Positions 8,653 through 17,661 of a stretch of 64,000 nucleotides of DNA are shown in pieces. The number at the start of each line of letters is the position of its first letter. Positions within the stretch are counted from its first letter, which is position 1. The notes under the pieces were generated by a model. That model had not been told where the DNA came from and did not search any database. It saw nothing but the letters and a program-made list of their open reading frames with translations. Origin of the DNA: Phycisphaerales bacterium (lineage in GTDB: Bacteria > Planctomycetota > Phycisphaerae > Phycisphaerales > UBA1924); contig JBGAMO010000004.1 in the NCBI GenBank assembly GCA_044222845.1, positions 509 to 64,508 on the forward strand. Direction: 5' to 3'. The position numbers and the translations under genes are program-made.

Positions 8653-10413
8653 ATGGGTAGGGGTGAAGAACCCAGCGATCGCGGTAGTACCGCCACTGGT
8701 TTCTCGCGGAAAGGAAAAGCCTTGAACTGCACCAAAGATCGTCGGCTTGAGTCGCGCTCATACGGGAGCGGATTTGACACCAGAACGGCAATTGGGAGAC
8801 CTTTCCGGCATAGACGCGGGAACTGGGTCGGAATTCTGATCGCCGTATTGTCGCATGCTCTGGTTTCTGGGAGTGCAACCGCTCAGTGCATTCCGCAAAT
8901 CACGAGATTGTTGGGTACAAACGTTCTGGGTTCGGCACAACGCGGATACTCGGTGGCCCTCAGCGCGGATGGAAGTACGGCAATTGTTGGTGCTCCTGGA
9001 GACAATTCGAACACGGGCGCCGTTCACGTGTTTGCTCGTACAGGTGTTAATTGGTCGCAGCAAGGACCGAAGTTGACAGTCACGGGGATGATTGGACAAG
9101 GGTATTTGGGAACTTCTGTTTCGCTCAGCGCGGATGGCAACACTGCACTCGTCGGTTCGTATGGCGACAACTGTTTCAACGGATCGGCATACGTATTTAC
9201 CCGTTCGTCCGGAACTTGGACACAACAAGGTGGAAAACTACTCCCCAGCGGTGCAGTGGGTTCCAGCCGTTTCGGTTATTCGGTATCAATCAGTGCCGAC
9301 GGAAACACAGCACTTGTTGGCGCATTTGGTGACAACGGAAATGTCGGCGCTGTTTACGTCTTTGTCCGCATATCTGGAAGCTGGTTTCAGCAGGGTACCA
9401 AGCTCGTTCCTTCGGGGTTGATTGGAACCGGATTCGCCGGCTACTCGGTTTCATTGAGTGGCGACGGAAACGTCGCATTGGTCGGAGCTTACGGAGACAA
9501 CAGCAACGTTGGCGCGGCATTCGTATTCGCCAGATCGGGCGGAGTGTGGTTCCAGAATGGGCCCAAACTCGTTCCATCTGGCGGCGTCGGACAAGGGCAG
9601 TTCGGTCTGTCGGCCAGTATGAGCGCTGATGGAACGACCGCCATCATCGGTGCCGCGAAAGATAACGGCAACGCGGGCGCAGCCTATGTATTCACCCGCT
9701 CGGGCGGTTCTTGGGTTCAGCAAGGTTCGAAGTTGGTACCAATAGGCGCATCCGGTGCCAGCCAATTCGGGCAGGCCGTCTCCCTAAGTCAAGACGGAAG
9801 CTCCGCATTGGTCGGCGCTAAGGACGATAGCGCTCTCGTGGGTGCTTCGTACGTTTTTGGTCGAACTTCCGGTTCTTGGTTCCAACAAGGGCCAAAGCTG
9901 GTGCCAGTTGGAGGGACCGGCAGCGGTTGGTTCGGTCAATCCGTGGCCCTTAGTGCAGACGGGCACTCGGCTCTCGTGGGTGCAGACCATGATGCAGATC
10001 TAAAAGGCGTCGCCTACGTGTTCGCGATAAATCCAACAGTCGATTTTGTCCAACACCCCGCGAGTCGTGCAATCTCGGCAGGCGAAACTGCGTTTTTTAG
10101 TGTCGGAGTTAGATCGGACGTACAGGTGACCTACCAGTGGCGGCGTCAAGGCACCAACCTGAGCAATGGCCCCACGGTTGACGGATCGGTCATTTCCGGT
10201 GCGAATGGCCCTACGTTAGCAATCGCAAATGCGACAATTGCGGACAATGGCTCCGCCATCGATTGTGTCGTGTCAACCGTCTGCGGAAGCTCGCGGAGCA
10301 ACCCTTCGGGACTTTCTGTCTCACCCTCTTGTGTCGCTGACATCAACGGTGACGGCGGAGTGGATGGATCGGACATGAGCTACTTCATTGATCGATGGGA
10401 AGATGGCTGTTGA
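8653..10413 (+). CDS. FG-GAP-like repeat surface protein with Ig-like domain and GC-type dockerin-like C-terminus
   Basis: About eight units of roughly 60 aa of the form G.SV(A/S)LSADG(N/S)TAL(V/I)GA.GDN...GA.YVF.R....W.QQG.KL. These are followed by an Ig-like segment (TYQWRRQG...PTLAIANATIADNGSAIDCVV) and then DINGDGGVDGSDMSYFIDRWEDGC*. The true start is uncertain because the signal-peptide-like GILIAVLSHALVSGSATAQ is internal. The gene is low-GC. Confidence 0.75.
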   Translation: MGRGEEPSDRGSTATGFSRKGKALNCTKDRRLESRSYGSGFDTRTAIGRPFRHRRGNWVGILIAVLSHALVSGSATAQCIPQITRLLGTNVLGSAQRGYSVALSADGSTAIVGAPGDNSNTGAVHVFARTGVNWSQQGPKLTVTGMIGQGYLGTSVSLSADGNTALVGSYGDNCFNGSAYVFTRSSGTWTQQGGKLLPSGAVGSSRFGYSVSISADGNTALVGAFGDNGNVGAVYVFVRISGSWFQQGTKLVPSGLIGTGFAGYSVSLSGDGNVALVGAYGDNSNVGAAFVFARSGGVWFQNGPKLVPSGGVGQGQFGLSASMSADGTTAIIGAAKDNGNAGAAYVFTRSGGSWVQQGSKLVPIGASGASQFGQAVSLSQDGSSALVGAKDDSALVGASYVFGRTSGSWFQQGPKLVPVGGTGSGWFGQSVALSADGHSALVGADHDADLKGVAYVFAINPTVDFVQHPASRAISAGETAFFSVGVRSDVQVTYQWRRQGTNLSNGPTVDGSVISGANGPTLAIANATIADNGSAIDCVVSTVCGSSRSNPSGLSVSPSCVADINGDGGVDGSDMSYFIDRWEDGC

Positions 10414-10721
10414 TTATGATCGTCAACGTCGATCTCATTAACGGCAATAACAAACCCGCTGTTGCACGCAATAAATCTCGCCAGCTCAGACCTGATGGTT
10501 CTCCCGATCGCATCGTGAACACGATTTCGCTTCTTCGGATTGTGCTCCGCGATATGCTCGCGCAGGTTTTCTTTCGTTCCGAGCTTCAGAATCTCGAACG
10601 CCGGCAGATTCACGATGAAGAACTTGACGTCAGTGTGTGCTTCATCCGGACTGGTGGTGTTCCGGATGAGCTGATATCGGAGACTGACCGTTGACAACAT
10701 GCCGTTGCCACTGTGGGCCAT
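10380..10721 (-). pseudogene. truncated N-terminal fragment of an unknown (possibly Abi/AIPR-like) gene
   Basis: MAHSGNGMLSTVSLRYQLIRN...NLREHIAEHNPKKRNRVHDAIGRTIRSELARFIACNSGFVIAVNEIDV, after which the frame stops inside the 3' end of the convergent gene 8653-10413. The family assignment rests only on a remembered NLR...VN..I..T....F...NNGITI pattern. Confidence 0.3.
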
Positions 10722-10976
10722 GTCCAAGCTCCTAACTTTGTGGCTGCCCCATAGTGAGTGACCACAACTGCGGTCCTCAATGACAGGCGACTGATTCAGG
10801 TAGCGCAAACCCTCTCGTGAGGCATGCGCTGTCCGTTTGCAAGAGGGAACGCGTCCAGGTAGGCACTGACGTGTCTGTGATTGGCAAGAAAAGACCCGCG
10901 GGGGCGGCGCACGCGCGTGTGGGGCGGCGCACAACTCACCCCCGCGGAGTCGGCGGGGTGCGGCGGTGAGTCGGGG

Positions 10977-11588
10977 TCAGTCGAGGCGGCGGGGTGTGAC
11001 GCTGGAGACCAGGCGGATGGAGGGGACCTGGATGTCGCTGCCGAAGCTGGCGTCCTGGAAGTCGTTGGGCTTCACGGTGAGGTCGGCGGTGGCGCGGCGG
11101 AGGCGGGGGCCCACGTCGTACTCGAGGGTGAACTGCATGAGTTGCACGCCGGAGAGAAGCAGGCGTTCTTCCTGCGCGGACTGCACGCCGCTCTGGAAAT
11201 CGGTCTGGATGTACCAGAGCTCGAAGGGGCCGGTGCGGGGATCGGGCTGTTCGCGGGTTTCGAGGCGCACAACGCGGCGGATGCCGGTGGCGGGGTCGTC
11301 GATGGCGGTGAACTCGACGGCGTTGCCGCGGACGGGGTTCTGGCCGGAATCGAGCGGGTCGGCGGGGTAGGGGCCGAACTCGGTGCCGGTGCGGAGCATG
11401 GTCATGATGCGGTTCATGACGATGCGTGAGATGACGTTGGTGGAGGCGCCCTCGGTGGTGATCTTGTAGCTCTTGAAGGAGGTGTCGAGCGCCGAGAGGG
11501 TGGCGGTGAGGAGCGTGCCGGTGATCGCGAGGGCGATGAGCAGTTCGGCGAGGCTGAAGGCGCGGCGACGGATGGTGGTGATATTCAC
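10977..11588 (-). CDS. pseudopilin with prepilin-type N-terminal cleavage/methylation domain
   Basis: GTG 11588 overlaps the stop of the upstream gene (GTGA) and is preceded by ggaggg. The N-terminus is VNITTIRRRAFSLAELLIALAITGTLL. Confidence 0.8.
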   Translation of the reverse strand: MNITTIRRRAFSLAELLIALAITGTLLTATLSALDTSFKSYKITTEGASTNVISRIVMNRIMTMLRTGTEFGPYPADPLDSGQNPVRGNAVEFTAIDDPATGIRRVVRLETREQPDPRTGPFELWYIQTDFQSGVQSAQEERLLLSGVQLMQFTLEYDVGPRLRRATADLTVKPNDFQDASFGSDIQVPSIRLVSSVTPRRLD

Positions 11589-14467
11589 AGGCCGCCCTCC
11601 TGGTAGGTGCCCGCGAGCACGTCCATCTGCATGGGGAGCATGATGCCGTTGGGCAGGGCCATCTTGGGATCCCAGCGGAGCTGCACGCGGCCGTAGCCGT
11701 AGAAGGGCACGGCGGTGGACCCGGTGGGTTGCGACTGATCGGCGCCGACGTCGGCGAGGCCGTCGCCGTCGGTGTCCCAACCGACGATGCGCTGGCCGTT
11801 GACGATGGGGAGCGTGGAAGGATCGAGCGATTCGCTGTCGCCGTCGGTGGGGCCGAAGTAGCCGAGGGTGGTGTTGAAGCCGGCGGGGTTGCCCATGGCG
11901 TTTCCGTTGGCGTCGATGAGCGGGGCCTGGCCGAGGGTGGGTGAGAAGGTCATGAGCAGCGCGCCGTCGATGGAGGCGTTGCCGCGGACGTCCATGACGC
12001 CGGCGATGATGGCGCCCTTGAGCTGGAGGTTCTGCTCGGGGGGGCTGTTGAAGGAGCCCAGGTCAACGGAGTAGCCGGGGAGCATCATGCTGCTCTTGGC
12101 GATCTCGGCCTTGTCGGCGGACTGGGGGTTGTACGCGGCGTCGTCGGGGTGGTCGGGGTGGGCGGAGACGAAGCGGGTCTTGCCGGTGAACTGCATCTTG
12201 TTGCGCGACTGGGTGTAGTTCTGGGGCGCGTCGCTGACGATGGAGCCGACGAAGAGGCAGTCGTGGAAGCGGATGTTGTTGGACCGGGCCTTGGTGTCGA
12301 CGACGCGCTTGCCGTCGATGACCAGGGGGTTGGGGAGGAGGTTGTAGCCGACGGTGCCGGAGATCTGGCTGTTGGGAATGTCGGCCTTGTCCATGGGCGT
12401 CTGGGCCATCAGGATCATCTGCTGGGGCGGGATGGCGGACGAGGGGAGCATGGAGGGATAGCTGGTCTCGGTCGTGTCATCGCCGTAGATGGTGCGGGTG
12501 ACGGTGGGCTTGGGGCGGCGGGTGGTGGCGTCCAACTGCATCTTGCCGTACTCGCCCCAGAGGACGTGGGTGTTGGCGGTGTCGCTGCGGACCCAGGTGA
12601 CGCCGATGAAGGTGCAGTTGCGGAAGAGGCCGTTGTTGCCCATGGGGATCTGCACGTCGCGGAAGACCATGTTCTCGTAGACGGGCCGGTAGTACCAGTC
12701 GGAGTATGAGGGGGAGTTGAAGGGCATCTTCTCGAAGTAGGCGGTGGCGCTGTTGTCGGGCAGGCCGTCGTTGTTGGTGTCGCGATCGAGGCGCAGGTAG
12801 CGGGGCACGGTGCCGCCGGCTGCCCGGGTCTCGACGTACGTCGCGAGCTGGGTGGTGGAGATGCCCAGGTTGGAAGCGACCTGGCGGTCGAAGGGATCGC
12901 CGTCCGCGGCCGTCTGGAGGCGCGTCTGCGTGGAGGTGAAGATGCTGGTGTTGACGCTGGGGAGTTCGGAGTCGGTGGCGCCGTAGCTGACGGCGGACTC
13001 GCCCTCGTCGGGGCGGAGGGGTCCGCGCATCTTGGCCGACGGCGGGCCCTGGGCCGCGGCCCACGCGGCCTGTGTGGCGCGGAAGGTGAGCTTGCCGCTG
13101 ACCTTGGCGTACTGGTCCTTCTTGTCGATGAAACCGTCGCGGTAGCCGAGCACCTGGTCGCGGCTCACGTTCATCACGGGGTCGTAGTCGAGGAAGGCCT
13201 CGCCCACGTCCCACTTGCCGTTGCCGTTGGAGTCGACGAAGCCGTAGACGCCGTTCTTGTTGCGGTCGGGATTGGAGGAATCGATCAGGAGCGCGAGATC
13301 GTCGTCGGCGGTGAACTCGGGGGTCATGCCGGCGGCGGGGGTGCCGGCGGTGAGGGCGGAGGAAAGGGTGACCTTGCCGTCGCCGTTGCGGTCGTACTGG
13401 CGGATGAAGATGTCGAGCTCGTCGACGAAGCCGTCGCCGGTGACATCCTGGAAGGCGTTGTCGGGCTGTCCGTCGCCGTCGTAGTCGGTGGTGCCGCTGG
13501 GGATGCCCTGGCTCTCGGTGGGGTGGCCGACGCGCAGGCGGTTGTCGCCGTCGACGTCGTAGGTGCCCAGCCCCGCGTAGAAGGCGTTGAGCTTGGCGTC
13601 CAGGACGGTGGAGAGGCCCTTGAAGTCGCTCTTCAAGACGAGGGGGTCGCCGTTGTTGTAGGTGACGCCGGTGTAGCGCAGGCCCATGCCGCCGCTGACG
13701 AGGACGTTCTTGCCGATCATGACGCGGCTGCTGGAGACGATGGCGTGCTTCACGCGCTTGGCCATGCGGAAGTCCTGCATGATCGTGCGGGTGACGAACT
13801 GGCCGGCGCGGCTGTAGGAGAGGTCGTAGCCGGTGACGATGGCGCGGACGTCGGTGCCGTTGGCGAGGGGGGCGTACGTAATGGAGTACGCCAGAGGCGG
13901 GAGAGACTCGCCGTTGCGACGCGACTCCAGCGCGACGGCGGGCGTGTACACCCAGTACGAGGCGGCGTATTCGCTGGTGCTGGCGCCGGCCTGGCGGTTG
14001 GCGATGGTGGGCGTGGAGACGCCGATCTGCGTGACGATGTCCTGATCGAGGGCGTGCGCGGCGGCGACGGCGGCGGCAAGGCCGCCGGGCATGCTGCCGT
14101 CCTGGCGGCCGGTCTTGGACGGGAGGACCTGCGTGGTGCCCAGCGAACTCAGGCTGCCCTGCCAGAGGTTGGTGCCGAAGGTAGCGTCGACGGTGCTCTC
14201 GGAGATGAGGAACTGGTTGGCGGCTTCGGCGAGGCGGGCCTTGGCGACGGCCAGGCCGGTTTCGGCGGCGCTCTGGGCGCGGCCGACGTGCAGGTGGGTG
14301 GCGGCGGTGGTGATGTTGCCCTTGCTGGCGATGGCCATGGCGGCCGAGAGTGAGCCGAAGAGGATCAGGAACATCATGGCGAGCACGGCGGCGACGCCGC
14401 GGCGGGTGCGCCACCACTTGCGTTTCGCCGGGCTGTTGTGCTTGCTCGAGCTGCGGTTCATAACCAT
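11585..14467 (-). CDS. 960-aa pilus/T2SS-associated protein (PilX/GspK-like N-terminus) with multiple Asp-rich Ca-binding-type motifs
   Basis: N-terminal TM GVAAVLAMMFLILFGSLSAAMAIA followed by HLHVGRAQSAAETGLAVAKARL. Motifs include DVDGDNRL, DYDGDGQPDN, DVTGDGFVDELD, DRNGDGKV, DSNGNGKWD, DTNNDGLPDN and DTDGDGLADVG. The gene lies between two pseudopilin genes. Confidence 0.7.
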   Translation of the reverse strand: MVMNRSSSKHNSPAKRKWWRTRRGVAAVLAMMFLILFGSLSAAMAIASKGNITTAATHLHVGRAQSAAETGLAVAKARLAEAANQFLISESTVDATFGTNLWQGSLSSLGTTQVLPSKTGRQDGSMPGGLAAAVAAAHALDQDIVTQIGVSTPTIANRQAGASTSEYAASYWVYTPAVALESRRNGESLPPLAYSITYAPLANGTDVRAIVTGYDLSYSRAGQFVTRTIMQDFRMAKRVKHAIVSSSRVMIGKNVLVSGGMGLRYTGVTYNNGDPLVLKSDFKGLSTVLDAKLNAFYAGLGTYDVDGDNRLRVGHPTESQGIPSGTTDYDGDGQPDNAFQDVTGDGFVDELDIFIRQYDRNGDGKVTLSSALTAGTPAAGMTPEFTADDDLALLIDSSNPDRNKNGVYGFVDSNGNGKWDVGEAFLDYDPVMNVSRDQVLGYRDGFIDKKDQYAKVSGKLTFRATQAAWAAAQGPPSAKMRGPLRPDEGESAVSYGATDSELPSVNTSIFTSTQTRLQTAADGDPFDRQVASNLGISTTQLATYVETRAAGGTVPRYLRLDRDTNNDGLPDNSATAYFEKMPFNSPSYSDWYYRPVYENMVFRDVQIPMGNNGLFRNCTFIGVTWVRSDTANTHVLWGEYGKMQLDATTRRPKPTVTRTIYGDDTTETSYPSMLPSSAIPPQQMILMAQTPMDKADIPNSQISGTVGYNLLPNPLVIDGKRVVDTKARSNNIRFHDCLFVGSIVSDAPQNYTQSRNKMQFTGKTRFVSAHPDHPDDAAYNPQSADKAEIAKSSMMLPGYSVDLGSFNSPPEQNLQLKGAIIAGVMDVRGNASIDGALLMTFSPTLGQAPLIDANGNAMGNPAGFNTTLGYFGPTDGDSESLDPSTLPIVNGQRIVGWDTDGDGLADVGADQSQPTGSTAVPFYGYGRVQLRWDPKMALPNGIMLPMQMDVLAGTYQEGGL

Positions 14468-14522
14468 TGGTTCCTGAGGTGTGCCACGCGTGGGTCCGGG
14501 GGATCGGCGCGGTCGGGAGAGG

Positions 14523-15224
14523 TCAGGGCGGGACGACCCAGGTGGTGCGCGTCACTTCCTCGGGCTGGGTATCCAGGGGTCCCTGGTACTCCACGATGAC
14601 GGTGATGCGCAGGGGGAACTGGTTGACGCGGATGGCCGGGAGCTGCGAGGTGGCGGCCTGCTCGTAGGATGCGGCGCGGGCGGTGCTGAAGTTGTACGGA
14701 TCGACCTTGGTGACGATGACGCGCTGGCGCCAGCCTTCCAAGGCCTGGGCGTGGCCTTCGCGGTCGGTGATGACCTGTCCGTCGAGGCCGATCTCCTGGA
14801 CGATGTCGCCGAAGGCGTCGATGGGGCCGGGGAAGTTGCCGCCCGCGCCGAAGGTGGTGTTGTCGAGATCGTCGAGATCGTCGATGTCGAGCACGGTGGT
14901 CTCGCCGGATTCGCGGCCCCAACCCTGGGCGGTGACAGAGCCGCCGGTGAGGGTCACGAGCGATAGACCGGTGACGGGGTCGTGGCGCGGGAGGCGGCGG
15001 GTGAACTCGCGGATTTCATTGGCCAAGAGCATGCCGGTGGCGGCGTGGCTGGACCAGTTGTTGCTGTGGGTGAAGGCGGTCTGGGCATCGACGAAGGCGA
15101 GGACGCCGACGGCGATGATGACCAGGGCCATCATGGTTTCGAGGAGGGTGAAGGCGCGGCGTCGCGGCCGGGCGGGGCCCGGCGCGGTACGTTGCTGAAA
15201 CTCCGAGAACCTGCGGATCGACAT
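14523..15224 (-). CDS. pseudopilin with prepilin-type N-terminal cleavage/methylation domain
   Basis: RRRAFTLLETMMALVIIAVGVLAF near the N-terminus. It is the first gene of the minus-strand operon 15224 to 10977. Confidence 0.8.
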   Translation of the reverse strand: MSIRRFSEFQQRTAPGPARPRRRAFTLLETMMALVIIAVGVLAFVDAQTAFTHSNNWSSHAATGMLLANEIREFTRRLPRHDPVTGLSLVTLTGGSVTAQGWGRESGETTVLDIDDLDDLDNTTFGAGGNFPGPIDAFGDIVQEIGLDGQVITDREGHAQALEGWRQRVIVTKVDPYNFSTARAASYEQAATSQLPAIRVNQFPLRITVIVEYQGPLDTQPEEVTRTTWVVPP

Positions 15225-15764
15225 CAGGCCTCCTGACGCTCACGCCGGCACACGCTCCGGCAACTCACGGCATCGGCCGGATGTGGGGGTGGGGTGAGCC
15301 GGCGGGCCGCGACGGTGCCGCGGCGGTGCGGGCGGGAACACCCTTGGGGTTTGAACGGGCGATGCCGGTTGTGCGAGGGGCCGGGAACGCGGGCGATCCC
15401 CTGTCCTGAGGTTGTTCTCTTCTGAGGTTGTTCACGAGCGAACTTCACGCATCGGCTGCGTTCCCGCCCGGGGCTGCGTTGACCATTCCGCGGGCAAGCG
15501 AGGGTCGGCCGGCACCTGTTCCGACGGGTGTCGCGGCAGATGAGATGCGTCGTTGGCCTGGACGTTGCGCGGGATGAATGGCGGCGGATGTGGAGCGTTC
15601 GGGCTGGAGGTTCAATCGGGAGGACGCTCGGCGCCACGGACGGCCTCCTGAATCAAGAGCCGCGTTCACCGAAGTCAGGGAGCAATTCCCGATGGCGAAA
15701 GCCTAGCTACTCGCGGCACGAAATGCGCATTGGGTGACGCCACACCCAACACACGGAGAGCCCG

Positions 15765-16847
15765 ATGAACCGCATGAACGCCGCCGTCATCCTGTCTGCA
15801 CTTGCCCTGACCACGTGCGCCGGCCTGCTCGTGGCGGGACCGTTAACGCCGCCCGCGGGAGCGATCGCGCCGTCGTTCAAAACGCTGACAGAGGTTGAGC
15901 CCCGGATCGCGATCAACGCCGTCAACACTCCGGGCGATGCCGACAGCGTGTTCAAAATCACGCAGCCCGGCTCGTACTATCTCGCGGGCAACGTGCAGGG
16001 AGCTTCCGGAAAGAACGGGATCAAGATCGTTTCCCAGAACGTTACGGTTGACCTCAACGGGTTCAACGTGCTGGGCGGATCCGGCAGCTTCAACGGCGTC
16101 TTGGCGTACCCGATGTCACGGGTGGTCCTGCGCAACGGCGTCGTCAGCGCCTGGGCGGGCAACGGCGTTGTCGTCGGCGCGGGCAGTACCGTGTCGGACG
16201 TCATCGTCGATCACTGCGGCCAGGCCGGCATCAGCGCCACCCAGGACTGCTCGATCCTCCGCTGCAACGCGATTTCGAACGGCGGCGTCGGTATCAGCGT
16301 GTATCGCGGCGCCAACGTCGTCGAGTGCCACGCGGACTCCAACAGCGGGGATGGAATCGCGACGTACGGAGCCGCCGCGGTCTCACGATGCACAGCGCAG
16401 GGCAACGCCCAATCCGGCATTAGCGCCGCGAGCGGGACGAGCGTTCTGGAATGTCTTGGAACCGCGAACATTGGTGACGGCATCACCGCCGCGGACCAGT
16501 GCACGATCAGCGGGAACACGTGCGTAAGCAACGGCGACGACGGCATTCAACTTGGCGGTTCCTGCCTCGTGACCCGCAATCAGTGCACGAACAACGACAC
16601 CGCGGGCGACGGCGCGGGCCTCTACATCCTGGGCACGTCCAACCGCGTCGATGACAACGTGGTGATCGCCAATCACTTCGGAGTCCTGTGTCCCGGCACC
16701 GACAACTTCATTGTGAAGAACACGTCCCGGGGCAACTCCGGGCTCAACTTCAGCGTCAGCGGCGGCAATGAGTTCGCGCCCGTGATCACCAATCCCGGGG
16801 CCAACTCGTTCGCCACCATGACCGCCTGGAGCAACGTCGCGTACTGA
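15765..16847 (+). CDS. secreted right-handed parallel beta-helix repeat protein
   Basis: Signal peptide MNRMNAAVILSALALTTCAGLLVAG. Then TPGDADSVFKITQPGSYYLAGNVQG..GKNGIKIVSQNVTVDLNGF, followed by many approximately 22-aa G-x-G-I/V repeats. Confidence 0.75.
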   Translation: MNRMNAAVILSALALTTCAGLLVAGPLTPPAGAIAPSFKTLTEVEPRIAINAVNTPGDADSVFKITQPGSYYLAGNVQGASGKNGIKIVSQNVTVDLNGFNVLGGSGSFNGVLAYPMSRVVLRNGVVSAWAGNGVVVGAGSTVSDVIVDHCGQAGISATQDCSILRCNAISNGGVGISVYRGANVVECHADSNSGDGIATYGAAAVSRCTAQGNAQSGISAASGTSVLECLGTANIGDGITAADQCTISGNTCVSNGDDGIQLGGSCLVTRNQCTNNDTAGDGAGLYILGTSNRVDDNVVIANHFGVLCPGTDNFIVKNTSRGNSGLNFSVSGGNEFAPVITNPGANSFATMTAWSNVAY

Positions 16848-17187
16848 TCGCGCGGGGCACAGGAGAGGTCGCCGGGGCGGCTGCGCTGAACGATCTGGGC
16901 TCCGGGCGGGCGACACGCGGCCCGCTCAGCAAGGACTTGTTCCGGCGCGGTCGGCGGAGCGGATGCTCATACCGGAAGGCATCCGTTTTCAGGCATCGGG
17001 CGTCAGGGGAAGCAGTCCTTGCTGCTGCTCGGGGCTCGTATCTCCGTCGAAATTTGCCGCACGGCTCAAGGATCGGTGTGCTGTTGTCGCGGTGACAGGT
17101 GGACACGTGACGCCCGGATGCCAGCAGCGATTGGCGTCATAGCCTTGGGGGAGTGCGGCCGAATGGAGACTGAGGAAGAAGGAACTG

Positions 17188-17472
17188 GTGGTGGAGTTGT
17201 ACGGGGCGTTCACGGACATCACCCGGACCCGCGATGGGGTGGAGTATTGGCACGCGCGGCAACTCCAGGAAGTGCTCGGGTACACCACATGGGACAACTT
17301 CCTGCTGGTCATCGAAAAAGCCAAAGAGGCCTGCGACAACAGCGGACAGCGCGTTTCTGACCATTTTGCCGACGTCGGGATAATGGTCGAACTTGGATCG
17401 GGCGCCCGGAGGAGGTTGAACGACGTAGCGCTCACCTAGTATGCGTGCTAAGTGATCACCCAGAACGGCGAG
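17188..17472 (+). pseudogene. dinD: DNA-damage-inducible protein D (DinD) pseudogene
   Basis: DGVEYWHARQLQEVLGYTTWDNFLLVIEKAKEACDNSGQRVSDHFADVGIMVELGSGARRRLNDVALT, then TAG, then YAC, then TAA, then VITQNGE. Two in-frame stops occupy positions where DinD proteins read ..L(S/T)RYACYLI.QNGD. Confidence 0.6.
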
Positions 17473-17608
17473 GGCCGGCGCACAGGCGTGTGACGACCGG
17501 ATGTCGCGGGTTCAAGTGACGGCGCGGGGTGGGAGTCGAGATTTGTTGATGACCGGGACGGCCGGGGCACGCTGGGGACAGGGTGGCGGCCGGGGGACAT
17601 GAAGGGAG

Positions 17609-17634
17609 GACCGACGGGGACCGTCGGGCCACCC
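17609..17634. repeat. 25-nt palindromic element (copy 1), just 3' of the GspF-family gene
   Basis: gaccgacggggaccgtcgggccaccc, with stem ccgacgg/ccgtcgg. It is almost identical to 31661-31686. Confidence 0.7.
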
Positions 17635-17661
17635 GGGAGCGCGGTCTTTGCGGGGCCGGGG

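Noticed and set aside
15406-15433. Direct repeat ctgaggttgttc x2 (16-nt period) in the 540-bp divergent intergenic region between the pseudopilin operon and the beta-helix gene.
   Set aside because: There are only two short copies and no palindromic or phased context. This could easily be chance. It is noted in case a regulator site is sought here.
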